Origin: Octopus sinensis
Taxonomy: Eukaryota
Reading direction: 5' to 3'
Length of the DNA: 64,000 bases
NCBI RefSeq assembly: GCF_006345805.1
Contig: NC_043026.1
Coordinates: 3,720,001 to 3,784,000 of the forward strand
Below the pieces are notes generated by a model. The model was not told the DNA's origin and did no database searches. It worked only from the letters and a program-made list of their open reading frames with translations. The position numbers were made by a program, and so were the translations under genes. Shown here one piece after another: positions 52,664 to 64,000 of this stretch (positions are counted from its first letter, which is position 1; every line of letters starts with the position of its first letter).

Positions 52664-52913
52664 GTGTGTGTGTGTATATTATATATGTGTGTGTGTATAT
52701 ATATATATGTGTGTGTGAATAATTTAGGATTATTTTATAAAAGTGTGTGTTGTGTGTATATTATGTGTGTGTGTGTATATGTGTGGTGTGTGTATATAGT
52801 GTGTGTGGTGTATAATTGTGTGTGTGTATATGTGTGTGTGTGTATATATATATGTGGTGTGTATATATATGTATGTGGTGTGTATATTATATATATATGT
52901 GTGGTGTGTGTGG

Positions 52914-52944
<31 letters not shown>

Positions 52945-52963
52945 ATATATGTGTGTGTGTGTG

Positions 52964-52996
<33 letters not shown>

Positions 52997-53070
52997 ATAT
53001 ATATGTGTGTGTGTGTATATATATATGTGTGTGTGTGTGTGTATATATATGTGTGTGTGTGTGTGTGTGC
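52160..53070. repeat. Alternating (GT)n/(AT)n compound microsatellite
   Basis: Directly visible. Confidence 0.95.
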
Positions 53071-53540
53071 ACATATGCACACAGATTATCTGTCTGTCTG
53101 TCCGTCTCTTTTTCCTTTTCCTCATCCTCATACTTCTCAGTCTTTTCCTTTCTCTTCTCTTCCACTCCCCTCCCTCCCCCCACGCCTACGATACACATAT
53201 CTGCATATATACATACATACATACATGTATGTACATATATATATATATATATATATATGTGCATTCCACACATGCATCATACTCTCTCCTGCTTTCCATC
53301 CCTGATCACTCTCGCATGCTCTTTTTACACATACATAAAATACACACACACACACATATACACACACTCAGATACACACACACACACACTCTCTCTCTCT
53401 CTCTCTCTTACTGTCACACATAGTTTCTCTTCAACGTTTCTCTTCCTACTTGTTGACTCTTATATTTCCTCTCATTTCCCGACATTTCCCTCTCTTTCCA
53501 CACACACACACACACACACTTTTTCTCTGTATGTGTGTAT

Positions 53541-53578
<38 letters not shown>

Positions 53579-53840
53579 ATATATATACCTGTCCCCCTTT
53601 CTCATACATACACACATCCTCCTCTCTGTCTCTCATCGTCTCTCTCTCTCTCTCTCCCCGCCAATATTTGTGTATCTTTCTCCCACACACATGTACACTC
53701 TATATCCGTCCATTTATATCTGCCTCTGTTTCTTATAATCTACGTCTAACTAGCTATCTTTCTCCTCCACACACACATAAACTACATATATATATACATA
53801 TATATATATATACAACACAGATATAATATATATATATATA

Positions 53841-53872
<32 letters not shown>

Positions 53873-54147
53873 GTATGTGTACATACACACACGTACAAAC
53901 ACATTCAACGCGCCATGTGTTTGGGAAACTGAGGGCAGCAACGCAACGTTTGCGCACAAACACAGCCTCTTCTCTCAGGTTTGTCATGAGCTGCTTTTGT
54001 ATGTATGTTTTATTTATCTTCGAAGCCTGTTGTTTTTTTCAAAAAATAATTTAAAATTAACAAAAAAAAAAAAAGAAACGCTTCTTTTCAGATATTGTGA
54101 CCTTATCGAGAAATTTTTTCATATTTATATATAGCATACCCACAAAA

Positions 54148-54180
<33 letters not shown>

Positions 54181-54266
54181 ATATATATATAATATACCGG
54201 AGTAAACACATAAATGTGAACAAGGTGGAAAAAAGAGTACTCAAATACCAGTGGTAGAGTAATATG

Positions 54267-54385
54267 CTTTATTTAAAGCAGCAGAAAATTCAACAAAATC
54301 TAGCATTCTAGCAAAAACTGTCTGATGACAGCAACGAGAAACTAAGAGTACAGATTTTGTTGATTTTCTGCTGCTTTAAATAAAG
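54267..54385. repeat. Short foldback (33-bp arms) enclosing a CTGATGA...GAAA motif
   Basis: CTTTATTTAAAGCAGCAGAAAATTCAACAAAATC and GATTTTGTTGATTTTCTGCTGCTTTAAATAAAG; related fragment near 47080-47180. Confidence 0.8.
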
Positions 54386-54846
54386 TTATAATATATATAT
54401 ATATATATATATAATATTAATATATAGATACAACACTCAAAATAAGCAACAAGAATGACATTCTTGTTGCTTATTTTGATTATAATCACCCTCACGGATT
54501 TTTATGGATAACACATACAGAATTCTGGTGCATCTAAATTAAGTACCATATTCATTTGAATCAAAATTTTTGCTGAACTTATATATATATATATGTATAT
54601 GTGTGTATATATATGTATATGTGTTAATGTTTCTTCAGCGTGTTAATGTATATATGTATATATATATATATGTATATATTTGTAAACAGCCGAAATCTGC
54701 GATGAGGATCAGTTTCTGACTGAAGAACGAAGGCTTTGAATGACCGTCTGTCTCTTATGTTCGTCCCTTTCGTGTATTTCACGTTATTTATTTATGTAAA
54801 GGTTTTATTTATATATATATATTATATATATTATATATAGATATAG

Positions 54847-54878
<32 letters not shown>

Positions 54879-54881
54879 ATC

Positions 54882-54976
<95 letters not shown>

Positions 54977-55016
54977 TATATATATATTATATATATATAT
55001 ATATATACATTAAACA

Positions 55017-55244
55017 ATTAAGGAACGGCCATAATAGGCCATTCACCCACTAGAAATAACAGCCAAGCTTTCTACCGCAATAAAGATAATTCCGTAAACA
55101 GGAGAAAATTAAAAAAACATTTACCCTGTAAATGTTTTTTAATTTTTTAATTTTCTCCTGTTTACGGAATTAATCTTTATTTGCGGTAGAAGCTTTGGCT
55201 GTTATTTCTAGTGGGTGAATGGCCTATTATGGCCGTTCCTTAAT
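55017..55244. repeat. Foldback palindrome, ~110-bp arms with a 5-nt loop (CCCTG at 55124-55128)
   Basis: ATTAAGGAACGGCCATAATAGGCC...AAACATTTA pairs with TAAATGTTT...GGCCTATTATGGCCGTTCCTTAAT. Confidence 0.9.
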
Positions 55245-55370
55245 GTTAATGTTGAACTTAAAAATGGTCTATGACTATTTAATTTTTTCCCACTGGGCCG
55301 CTGGTGGCAATAAAATTCTACAAATTTCCTTGCCACCCTATATGATTAATTATATATATATACATATATA

Positions 55371-56398
<1,028 letters not shown>

Positions 56399-56445
56399 AT
56401 ATACATATATAATATATATATATATATATATACATATATATACAG

Positions 56446-56484
<39 letters not shown>

Positions 56485-56508
56485 ATATATATATATATAT
56501 ATACATAT

Positions 56509-56563
<55 letters not shown>

Positions 56564-57021
56564 TACATATATATATATATATATGTATATTAATATAATA
56601 TTTACATATATATATATATATACATAGATATATATATATATAACATCATCATTATATATATACCCTCTCATTTATTTATATATATATATATATATTCACA
56701 CATAGATACCTACACAGATATACACATATATGCATTCATATATGTGTACATATAAGTACATGCACATATGTACGTACATATATATTCACCTGCAGACGCA
56801 CACATGCAAATACACTCGCATTCATAAACACACACATTAAAAGACACACCTACACATATATATCTATGTATTTATTTGTCACAAAGACACACACTCTCTC
56901 TCTCTCTCTCTCTCTGTTTCACTTACACACCTCTTGGAACCCTACCACGTATTCATTTAATTATTAGTATAGTATCTGGTAACTGTAATGGCAATGTCGT
57001 TAGTCTAACGAGTTAAATGAA

Positions 57022-57029
57022 TCCTTAAC
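57022..57029 (+). promoter_or_regulatory. Putative U12-type branch point TCCTTAAC
   Basis: Exact minor-intron branch consensus, ending 5 nt before the AG acceptor; no polypyrimidine tract. Confidence 0.55.
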
Positions 57030-57036
57030 GAAATAG

Positions 57037-57151
57037 AAAAAACTCTCCGGACATCCCAATGTGGTTCAGTTTATCTCGGCTGCAGCTATCGGTAAGGAGG
57101 AGTCCGACCATGGCCAGGCTGAGTATTTGATCTGTACGGAACTTTGTACAG
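57037..57151 (+). CDS. GAK: Cyclin G-associated kinase (NAK family), kinase-domain exon
   Basis: KKLSGHPNVVQFISAAAIGKEESDHGQAEYLICTELCT(G); 115 nt, phase 0-1, gtaagt donor. Matches the GAK KKLSGHPNIVQF...GKEESD.GQAE motif. Not in the ORF track. Confidence 0.92.
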
Positions 57152-57169
57152 GTAAGTCAGTTTCTCTGT

Positions 57170-58060
57170 AGCTGTGTGTGTGTGTGTGTGTATGTCTGTG
57201 TGTGTGTGAGTATCTGTGTGTGTGAGAGAGAGAGAGAGAGTATCTGTGTGTGTGTGAGAGAGTATCTGTGTGTGTGTGTGTGAGAGAGTATCTGTGTGTG
57301 TGTGTGAGAGAGTATCTGTGTGTGTGTGAGAGAGTATCGGTGTGTGTGTGAGAGAGTATCTGTGTGTGTGTGTGAGAGAGTATCTGTGTGTGTGTGAGAG
57401 AGTATCTGTGTGTGTGTGTGTGGAGAGTATCTGTGTGTGTGTGAGAGTATCTGTGTTGTGTGAGAGAGTATCTGTGTGTGTTGAGAGAGTAATCTGTGTG
57501 TGTGTGAGAGATATCTGTGTTTGTGTGTGGAGAGTATCTGTGTGTGTGTGAGAGTATCTGTGTGTGTGTGAGAGAGTATCTGTGTGTGTGTGAGAGAGTA
57601 TCTGTGTGTGTGTGTGTAGAGAGTATCTGTGTGGTGTGTGAGAGAGTATCTGTGTGTGTGTGAGAGAGTATCTGTGTGTGTGTGTGAGAGAGTATCTGTG
57701 TGTGTGTGAGAGAGTATCTGTGTGTGTGTGAGAGAGTATCTGTGTGTGTGTGAGAGAGTATCTGTGTGTGTGTGTGAGAGAGTATCTGTGTGTGTGTGAG
57801 AGTATCTGTGTGTGTGTGAGAGAGTATCTGTGTGTGTGTGAGAGAGTATCTGTGTGTGTGTGTGTGAGAGAGTATCTGTGTGTGTGTGAGAGAGTATCTG
57901 TGTGTGTGAGAGAGTATCTGTGTGTGTGAGAGAGTATCTGTGTGTGTGTGAGAGTATCTGTGTGTGTGTGAGAGAGTATCTGTGTGTGTGTGAGAGAGTA
58001 TCTGTGTGTGTGTGTGAGAGAGTATCTGTGTGTGTGTGTGTGTGTAAGAGTATCTGTGTG
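57170..58060. repeat. Compound minisatellite [(GA)nGTATCT(GT)n]n
   Basis: Dozens of GAGTATCTGTGTG units directly after the GAK donor. Confidence 0.92.
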
Positions 58061-59443
58061 TGTCTGCCTTTGTGTGCTCATATGCCTTCTGCTTGTGTGC
58101 ATGTATGTGTGTGTATGTTCGTGTGTGTGTGTGTCTCTCTCTCTCTCTGTATGTACAGGTAAGAGTGTGTATATCTCTCTCTTTATCTCTGTATCTGTGT
58201 GTGTGTACCTTCAGTATGTCTGTGTGTGGGTGTGTCTGTGTATACCTTTTATGAAGGCGGGTGGCTTAGTGGTTAGGGCCATTCGGCTCATGATTGTAAG
58301 GTCATGAGTTCAATTCCCTGCGATGCATTGTGTCCTTGAGCAAGACATTTTATTTCACATTGCTCCAGGTCCACTCAGCTGGCAAAACTGAGTTGTACCT
58401 GTATTTCAAAGGGGCCAGCCTTGCCACACTCTGTGTCATGCTGAATCCTCTGAGAACTACGTTAAGGGGGTACATGTGTCTGTGGAGTACTCAGCCACTT
58501 GCACTTTAATTTCACTAGAAGGCTATTCCATTTATTGGATCAACCGGAACCCTCGTTGTCATAACCAAATGAGCACTAGTTGTACCTATGTGCATTTATA
58601 TCTTGTGTGTGTGTGTCTCTGTGTGCACCTGTATGTCTGTGTTTGTGTGTATGTGTACATGGCCGTGTGGTAAGTAGCTTGCTTACCAACCACATGGTTC
58701 TGGGTTCAGTCCCACCGCATGGCACCTTGGGCAAGTGTCTTCTAACTATAACCTCGGGCCGACCAATGCCTTGTGAGTGGATTTGATAGACGGAAACTGA
58801 GAGAAGCCTGTCGTATATATGTATATATATATATATATATATATAGGCGTAGGAGTGGCTGGCTTACCAACCACATGGTTCCGGGTTCAGTCCCACTGCG
58901 TGGCACCTTGGGCGAGTGTCTTCTACTATAGCCTCGGGCCGACCAAAGCCTTGTGAGTAGATTTGGTAGACAGAAACTGAATGGCAAAAGAGACCGATAG
59001 AATAAGTACTAGGCTTACAAAGAATAAGTCCTGAGATCGTTTTGCTCGACTAAAGGCGGTGCTCCAGCATGGCCTCAGTCAAATGACTGACACAAGTAAA
59101 AGAGAGTAAAGTGTATATTGCTATGTGTGTGCACAAGTCTGTCTGTATTTCCATACCTGAGTAACTGTACATTTATTCGTTTATCTGCTTTTGTATTAAC
59201 ATATATGTATTCATGTATGCAGTGGAGACACCTGCCCGAGGTGTTGTGCAGTGGAAACGAACCCAAGGCAATGTGGTTGAGAAGCGAGCTTCATAACTAC
59301 TCATCCACACTTGTGCTTTTCTTTTTACGTCCGTTTTTACATGCTTGCATGGGTTGGCTGTGTCATTTTGAGGCATTTTTTTTTTGCAGCTTGATGCTAA
59401 CCCTGACTTGTCCTACAACTTTCACTTTCACTTCTCGTTTCAG

Positions 59444-59580
59444 GTGGTCAGCTGGTTGATGTGTTGCGAGAGGCACATCCACTTCCTTGTGACAAGGTCC
59501 TCCAGATATTCTTTCAGACATGTCGCGCAGTGCAACACATGCATCGACAGAAACCTCCTATCATACACAGAGACCTCAAG
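59444..59580 (+). CDS. GAK: GAK kinase-domain exon (catalytic loop)
   Basis: tttcag acceptor, gtgagc donor, 137 nt, phase 1-0; GQLVDVLREAHPLPCDKVLQIFFQTCRAVQHMHRQKPPIIHRDLK. Confidence 0.95.
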
Positions 59581-60019
59581 GTGAGCACGTTTTGGCTCTT
59601 TCCAATCCTTATTGCCTTCTTTTCCATTTCATTTTTCCTTTCTCTCTTTTTCCCTCTTTCTCTCTCTCACTCACTTTCTGTCACTTAACACTCTCTTTCT
59701 CTCTCTCTCTCTCACTTGTTTGTTCTCTCTTTCTTTCATTCACTCACTACTTTGCTCAACCCTCCTTTCCTTCTCACTATCTCACCTTTTTTGTCCCTTG
59801 GCCTGCCCTCTCTCAGACCTCTTCCCTATTACATAAACCTTAACTCTCTCTCTCTCTCATCCCTTCTCTTTTTCTCTCTCTTGTCTCTCCCGTCTCTTAT
59901 AATTTGGGTTTAGCATTTGAAATTCACAGATTATTCAATTTCCCATCCTAATCACTCAAATACAGGCCCAAAGTGCCACGAGGGATGTCCATATTAACAT
60001 CTTCTATAACGCCTGATGA

Positions 60020-60033
60020 TATATCTGTGTATG

Positions 60034-60084
<51 letters not shown>

Positions 60085-60694
60085 GTATATATGTATATGT
60101 ATATATGTATATATATGTATATGTATATATGTATATATATGTATATGTATATATGTATATATATGTATATGTATATGTATATATATATGTATATGTATAT
60201 ACATGTATATGTATATACATGTATATGTATATACATGTATATACATGTATATGTATATACATGTATATGTATATACATGTATATGTATATACATGTATAT
60301 GTATATGCATGTATATGTATATGCATGTATATGTATATGCATGTATATGTATATATATATGTATATGTATATACATGTATATGTATATACATGTATATGT
60401 ATATACATGTATATGTATATACATGTATATACATGTATATGTATATACATGTATATGTATATACATGTATATGTATATGCATGTATATGTATATGCATGT
60501 ATATGTATATGCATGTATATGTATATGCATGTATATGTATATGCATGTATATGTATATGCATGTATATGTATATGCATGTATATGTATATGCATGTATAT
60601 GTATATGCATGTATATGTATATGCATGTATATGTATATGCATGTATATATATGTGTGTATATATATGTGTATATATGTATGTGTATATATATAT
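60020..60694. repeat. (TATATG/TATACATG/TATGCATG)n microsatellite
   Basis: Directly visible; abuts the LINE 5' truncation point. Confidence 0.95.
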
Positions 60695-62714
60695 AACTAC
60701 AGAGGTATCAAGCTGTTGGACCAGGTGATGAAGGTTACGGAGAGGGTCATAGCCCAACTAATTAGAGAGAGAGTTAGTTTAGATGAGATGCAGTTTGGGT
60801 TTGTGCCAGGGAAAGTACTACTGATGCTATATTCCTGGTAAGGCAGCTGCAGGAGAAATACCTAGCCAAAGATAAGCCCCTGTACCTGGCTTTTGTTGAC
60901 ATGGAGAAAGCCTTCGACAGGGTCCCCCGATCCCTTATCTGGTGGGCAATGAGAAAACTAGGGATAGATGAATGGTTAGTGAGAGCTGTGCGGGCCATGT
61001 GTAGGGACGCCGCTAGTAGGGTGAGGGTTGGAAATGAGTACAGTGAAGAATTCCGGGTAGAGGTAGGGGTCCACCAAGGCTCAGTACTCAGCCCCCTCCT
61101 ATTTATTATAGTCCTCCAGGCAATAACGGAGGAATTCAAGACAGGATGCCCTTGGGAGCTCCTCTATGCTGATGACCTTGCTCTAATTGCTGAGTCGCTA
61201 TCAGAACTGGAGGAGAAGTTTCAGGTGTGGAAACAAGGATGTAGAATCGAAGGGCCTCAGAGTCAATCTAGAAAACCAAAGTCGTAATCAGTAGGAAGGT
61301 AGACAAATCACAAACACCTTCAGGTAGATGGCCCTGCTCGATCTGTAGAAAAGGTGTAGGTAGAAACTCTATAAAGATGCACCAAGTGTAAGCTATGGAC
61401 ACATAAGAGATGCAGCAATGTCAAAGGAAGGCTAACTAGGAAGATGGTTTTTGTATGTGGCAGATGCTCAGGAAACAATAAACACTGAAAATGCTCTGAG
61501 ACCAACTTCCGTCACTTTCCAGGGAGAAAAACTAGAAATAGTTGATAGTTTCCGTTACCTAGGTGACCAAGTCAGCAGCGGGGGTGGGTGTGCTGAAAGT
61601 GTAACTGCTAGAGTAAGAATAGCTTGGGCAAAGTTCAGAGAGCTCTTACCTCTGCTGGTGACAAAAGGCCTCCGCACAGAGTGAAAGGCAGACTGTATGA
61701 TGCGTGTTACGAACAGCCATGCTACATGGCAGTGAAACATGGGCCGTGACTGCTGAGGATATGCGTAAGCTCGCTAGAAATGAAGCCAGTATGCTCCGAT
61801 GGATGTGTAATGCCGGTACTCACTCTCGGCAGAGTGTAAGTACCTTGAGAGAAAAGCTGGACCTAAGAAGCATCAGTTGTGGTGTGCAAGAGAGACGTTT
61901 GCGCTGGTATGGTCATGTGGCGAGAATGGATGAAGATAGTTGTGTGAAAAAGTGCCACACCCTAGCGGTTGAGGGAACCTGTGGAAGAGGCAGACCCAGG
62001 AAAACCTGGGACGAGGTGGTGAAGCACGACCTTCGAACTTTAGGTCTCACTGAGGAAATGACTAGAGACCGAGACCTCTGGAAGTGTGCTGTGCGCGAGA
62101 AGACCCGGCAGGACAAGTGAGTCCACAACCCGTGGCCTTCTACATGGGATGGAGCCAGCCTACGTATGCATACCTTCCCTTCTTGGGACACAAAACTCTA
62201 CTTGTGAAGACGTGTTGAGGCAAGTGAGGATCAGAATCGAAATCGATCAATGGAAATTGCGGATGTGCTACAGTGCCGGTGGCATGTCGAAACTCTGCTT
62301 GTGAAGACCCATTGAGGCAAGTGAGGATCAGAATCGAAATCGATCAATGGAAATGCAGATGTGTTACCAGTGCCGGTGGCATGTAAGAGAACTTTCCGTT
62401 TCGCGACCGTTGCCAGCACCGCCCCGTTTCGTGTCGTTGCCAGCCTCGCCTGGCCCTCGTGCCGGTGGCACATAAAAAGCACCATCCGTTCGTGGCCGTT
62501 TGCCAGCTCTGTCTGGCACCAGTGCGGGTGGCACGTAAAAAGCACCCACTACACTCACGGAGTGGTTGGCGTTAGGAAGGGCATCCAGCCGTAGAAAACA
62601 CTGCCAGATTGACTGGGCCTGATGAAGCCTTCTGGCTTCACAGACCCCAGTAGAACCGTCCAACCCATGCTAGCATGGAAAACGGACGCTAAATGATGAT
62701 GATGATGATGATGA
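60695..62714 (+). mobile_element. 5'-truncated RTE-clade LINE in a GAK intron; frameshifted reverse transcriptase, 3' UTR and (GAT)n tail
   Basis: NYRGIKLL...QFGFVPG...AFVDMEKAFDRVPR...GVHQGSVLSPLLF...LLYADD...RLRWYGHVARM...GRGRPRKTW. Several 1-nt frameshifts; ORF2 stop at 62120. Confidence 0.95.
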
Positions 62715-63094
62715 TATATATATAATTGAAAAATAGGATAAAATCTTTGTAAGAATTTATCAAGTAGTTAGCATGAGAAACCTCATAAGGGTTTCTCATG
62801 TTAACGCTGAGAGGACGAAAGATCATGGGCCCGGTTTCCTGGTTTCTGTGGCGTATGTGTTCCCCCCAGCTGGACGGGATGCCAGTCCATCGCAGCATTA
62901 CTCAAGAAGCAAGAACAAAGAGTGAGAGAAAGTTGGGGGTGAAAGAGTACAACAGGGGTCGCCACCATCCCCTGCCGGAGCCACGTGGAGCTGTAGGTGT
63001 TTTCGCTCAATAAACACACACAACGCCCGGTCTGGGAATCGAAACCGCAATCCTCCGACTGTGAGTCCGCTGCCCTAACCACCGGGCCATTTTG

Positions 63095-63571
63095 CCTCCA
63101 CGTCTTGGGTTAAATATAATTAGGGAAATGATGAGAGGGAGATTTGACTATTGGCCATGTAGCTCTTTTGCTGACTAACATGGTCCCTTGCCTCCATGTC
63201 TTGGGTTAAATATAATTAGGGATTTGATGAGAGGGAGATTTGACTATTGGCCACGTAGCTCTTTTGCTGACTAACGTGGTCCCTTGCCTCCATGTCTTGG
63301 GTTAAATATAATTAGGGATTTGATGAGAGGGAGATTTGACTATTGGCCACGTAGCTCTTTTGCTGACTAACGTGGTCCCTTGCCTCCATGTCTTGGGTTA
63401 AATATAATTAGGGATTTGATGAGAGGGAGATTTGACTATTGGCCACGTAGCTCTTTTGCTGACTAACGTGGTCCCTTGCCTCCATGTCTTGGGTTAAATA
63501 TAATTAGGGATTTGATGAGAGGGAGATTTGACTATTGGCCACGTAGCTCTTTTGCTGACTAATGTGGTCCC
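63095..63571. repeat. 96-bp tandem repeat, 5 copies
   Basis: CCTCCA(C/T)GTCTTGGG at 63095, 63191, 63287, 63383 and 63479. Confidence 0.95.
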
Positions 63572-63663
63572 TAGTACACTATCAAAAATGATGATGATGA
63601 TGATGACTCAGGTAAATTTTGTTTTTTTTTAATTAATAAAAACACGTGTGCTTTCTTTTGCAG

Positions 63664-63789
63664 GTGGAAAACTTGCTGATCAGTTCTAAAGGTTGTATAA
63701 AGCTTTGTGATTTTGGTAGCGCTACTATCAAGAGCCACAATCCTGACATTTCTTGGTCTGCAATTCAGAGAAGTCTGGTGGAAGATGAG
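63664..63789 (+). CDS. GAK: GAK kinase-domain exon (DFG motif)
   Basis: ttttgcag acceptor, gtgtgt donor, 126 nt, phase 0-0; VENLLISSKGCIKLCDFGSATIKSHNPDISWSAIQRSLVEDE. Confidence 0.95.
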
Positions 63790-64000
63790 GTGTGTATCAA
63801 TCTGTTTGCTTATTTCAAGCTTGTTAGGGTAACGAACTGAATGCTTTGTGGTGGTTAGGTGTTTAGTTACATCCCTTTTATATGAGTTCGAATCTTGTCC
63901 TGGTTTGATTTTTTTGCCCCACTGCCCACTTTTTAGAAATAATTTCTGGGGTCATTAATGTAAGTACTAACACCACACAAACACAAATTTGTATACACAC

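Noticed and set aside
51284-53826. Long Ser/Pro-, Asp/Gly- or Cys/Val-rich ORFs
   Set aside because: They are translations of tri- and dinucleotide microsatellites. The same holds for ORFs at 14308-14681, 23761-26505, 57086-58102 and 59948-60757.
53930-54005. Candidate missing GAK exon
   Set aside because: Splice-like signals are present, but no frame resembles the NAK kinase N-lobe.

Overview
Repeat-saturated, microsatellite-rich animal genomic DNA. It is most likely octopus, inferred from the SINE/LINE repertoire and not proven. Two split protein-coding genes can be reconstructed by hand, arranged head to head. (1) Minus strand: the hinge and complete ligand-binding domain of an NR1F nuclear receptor (HR3/ROR) in six GT-AG exons from 44941 down to the stop at 26673 (925 nt, phases consistent, ending FPALHKELFSVEGIEGS*). 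(2) Plus strand: three kinase-domain exons of cyclin G-associated kinase (GAK) at 57037-57151, 59444-59580 and 63664-63789. I could not find the HR3 DNA-binding domain or the first GAK exons; a 100-N gap (49831-49930) lies between the two genes. The rest is decayed transposons (mariner, piggyBac, hAT MITEs, Helitrons, CR1, RTE, a probable Penelope remnant, three tRNA-type SINE families), several long foldbacks, and many tandem arrays, several built from transposon parts. Almost all long ORFs in the supplied track are repeat artefacts. The most interesting oddities are a hAT MITE array whose 8-bp target site has itself become a minisatellite, degenerate hammerhead-ribozyme-like motifs, a probable minor-spliceosome (U12) acceptor in GAK, a PHD finger inside an RTE ORF2, and a MITE family with 6-bp target duplications.
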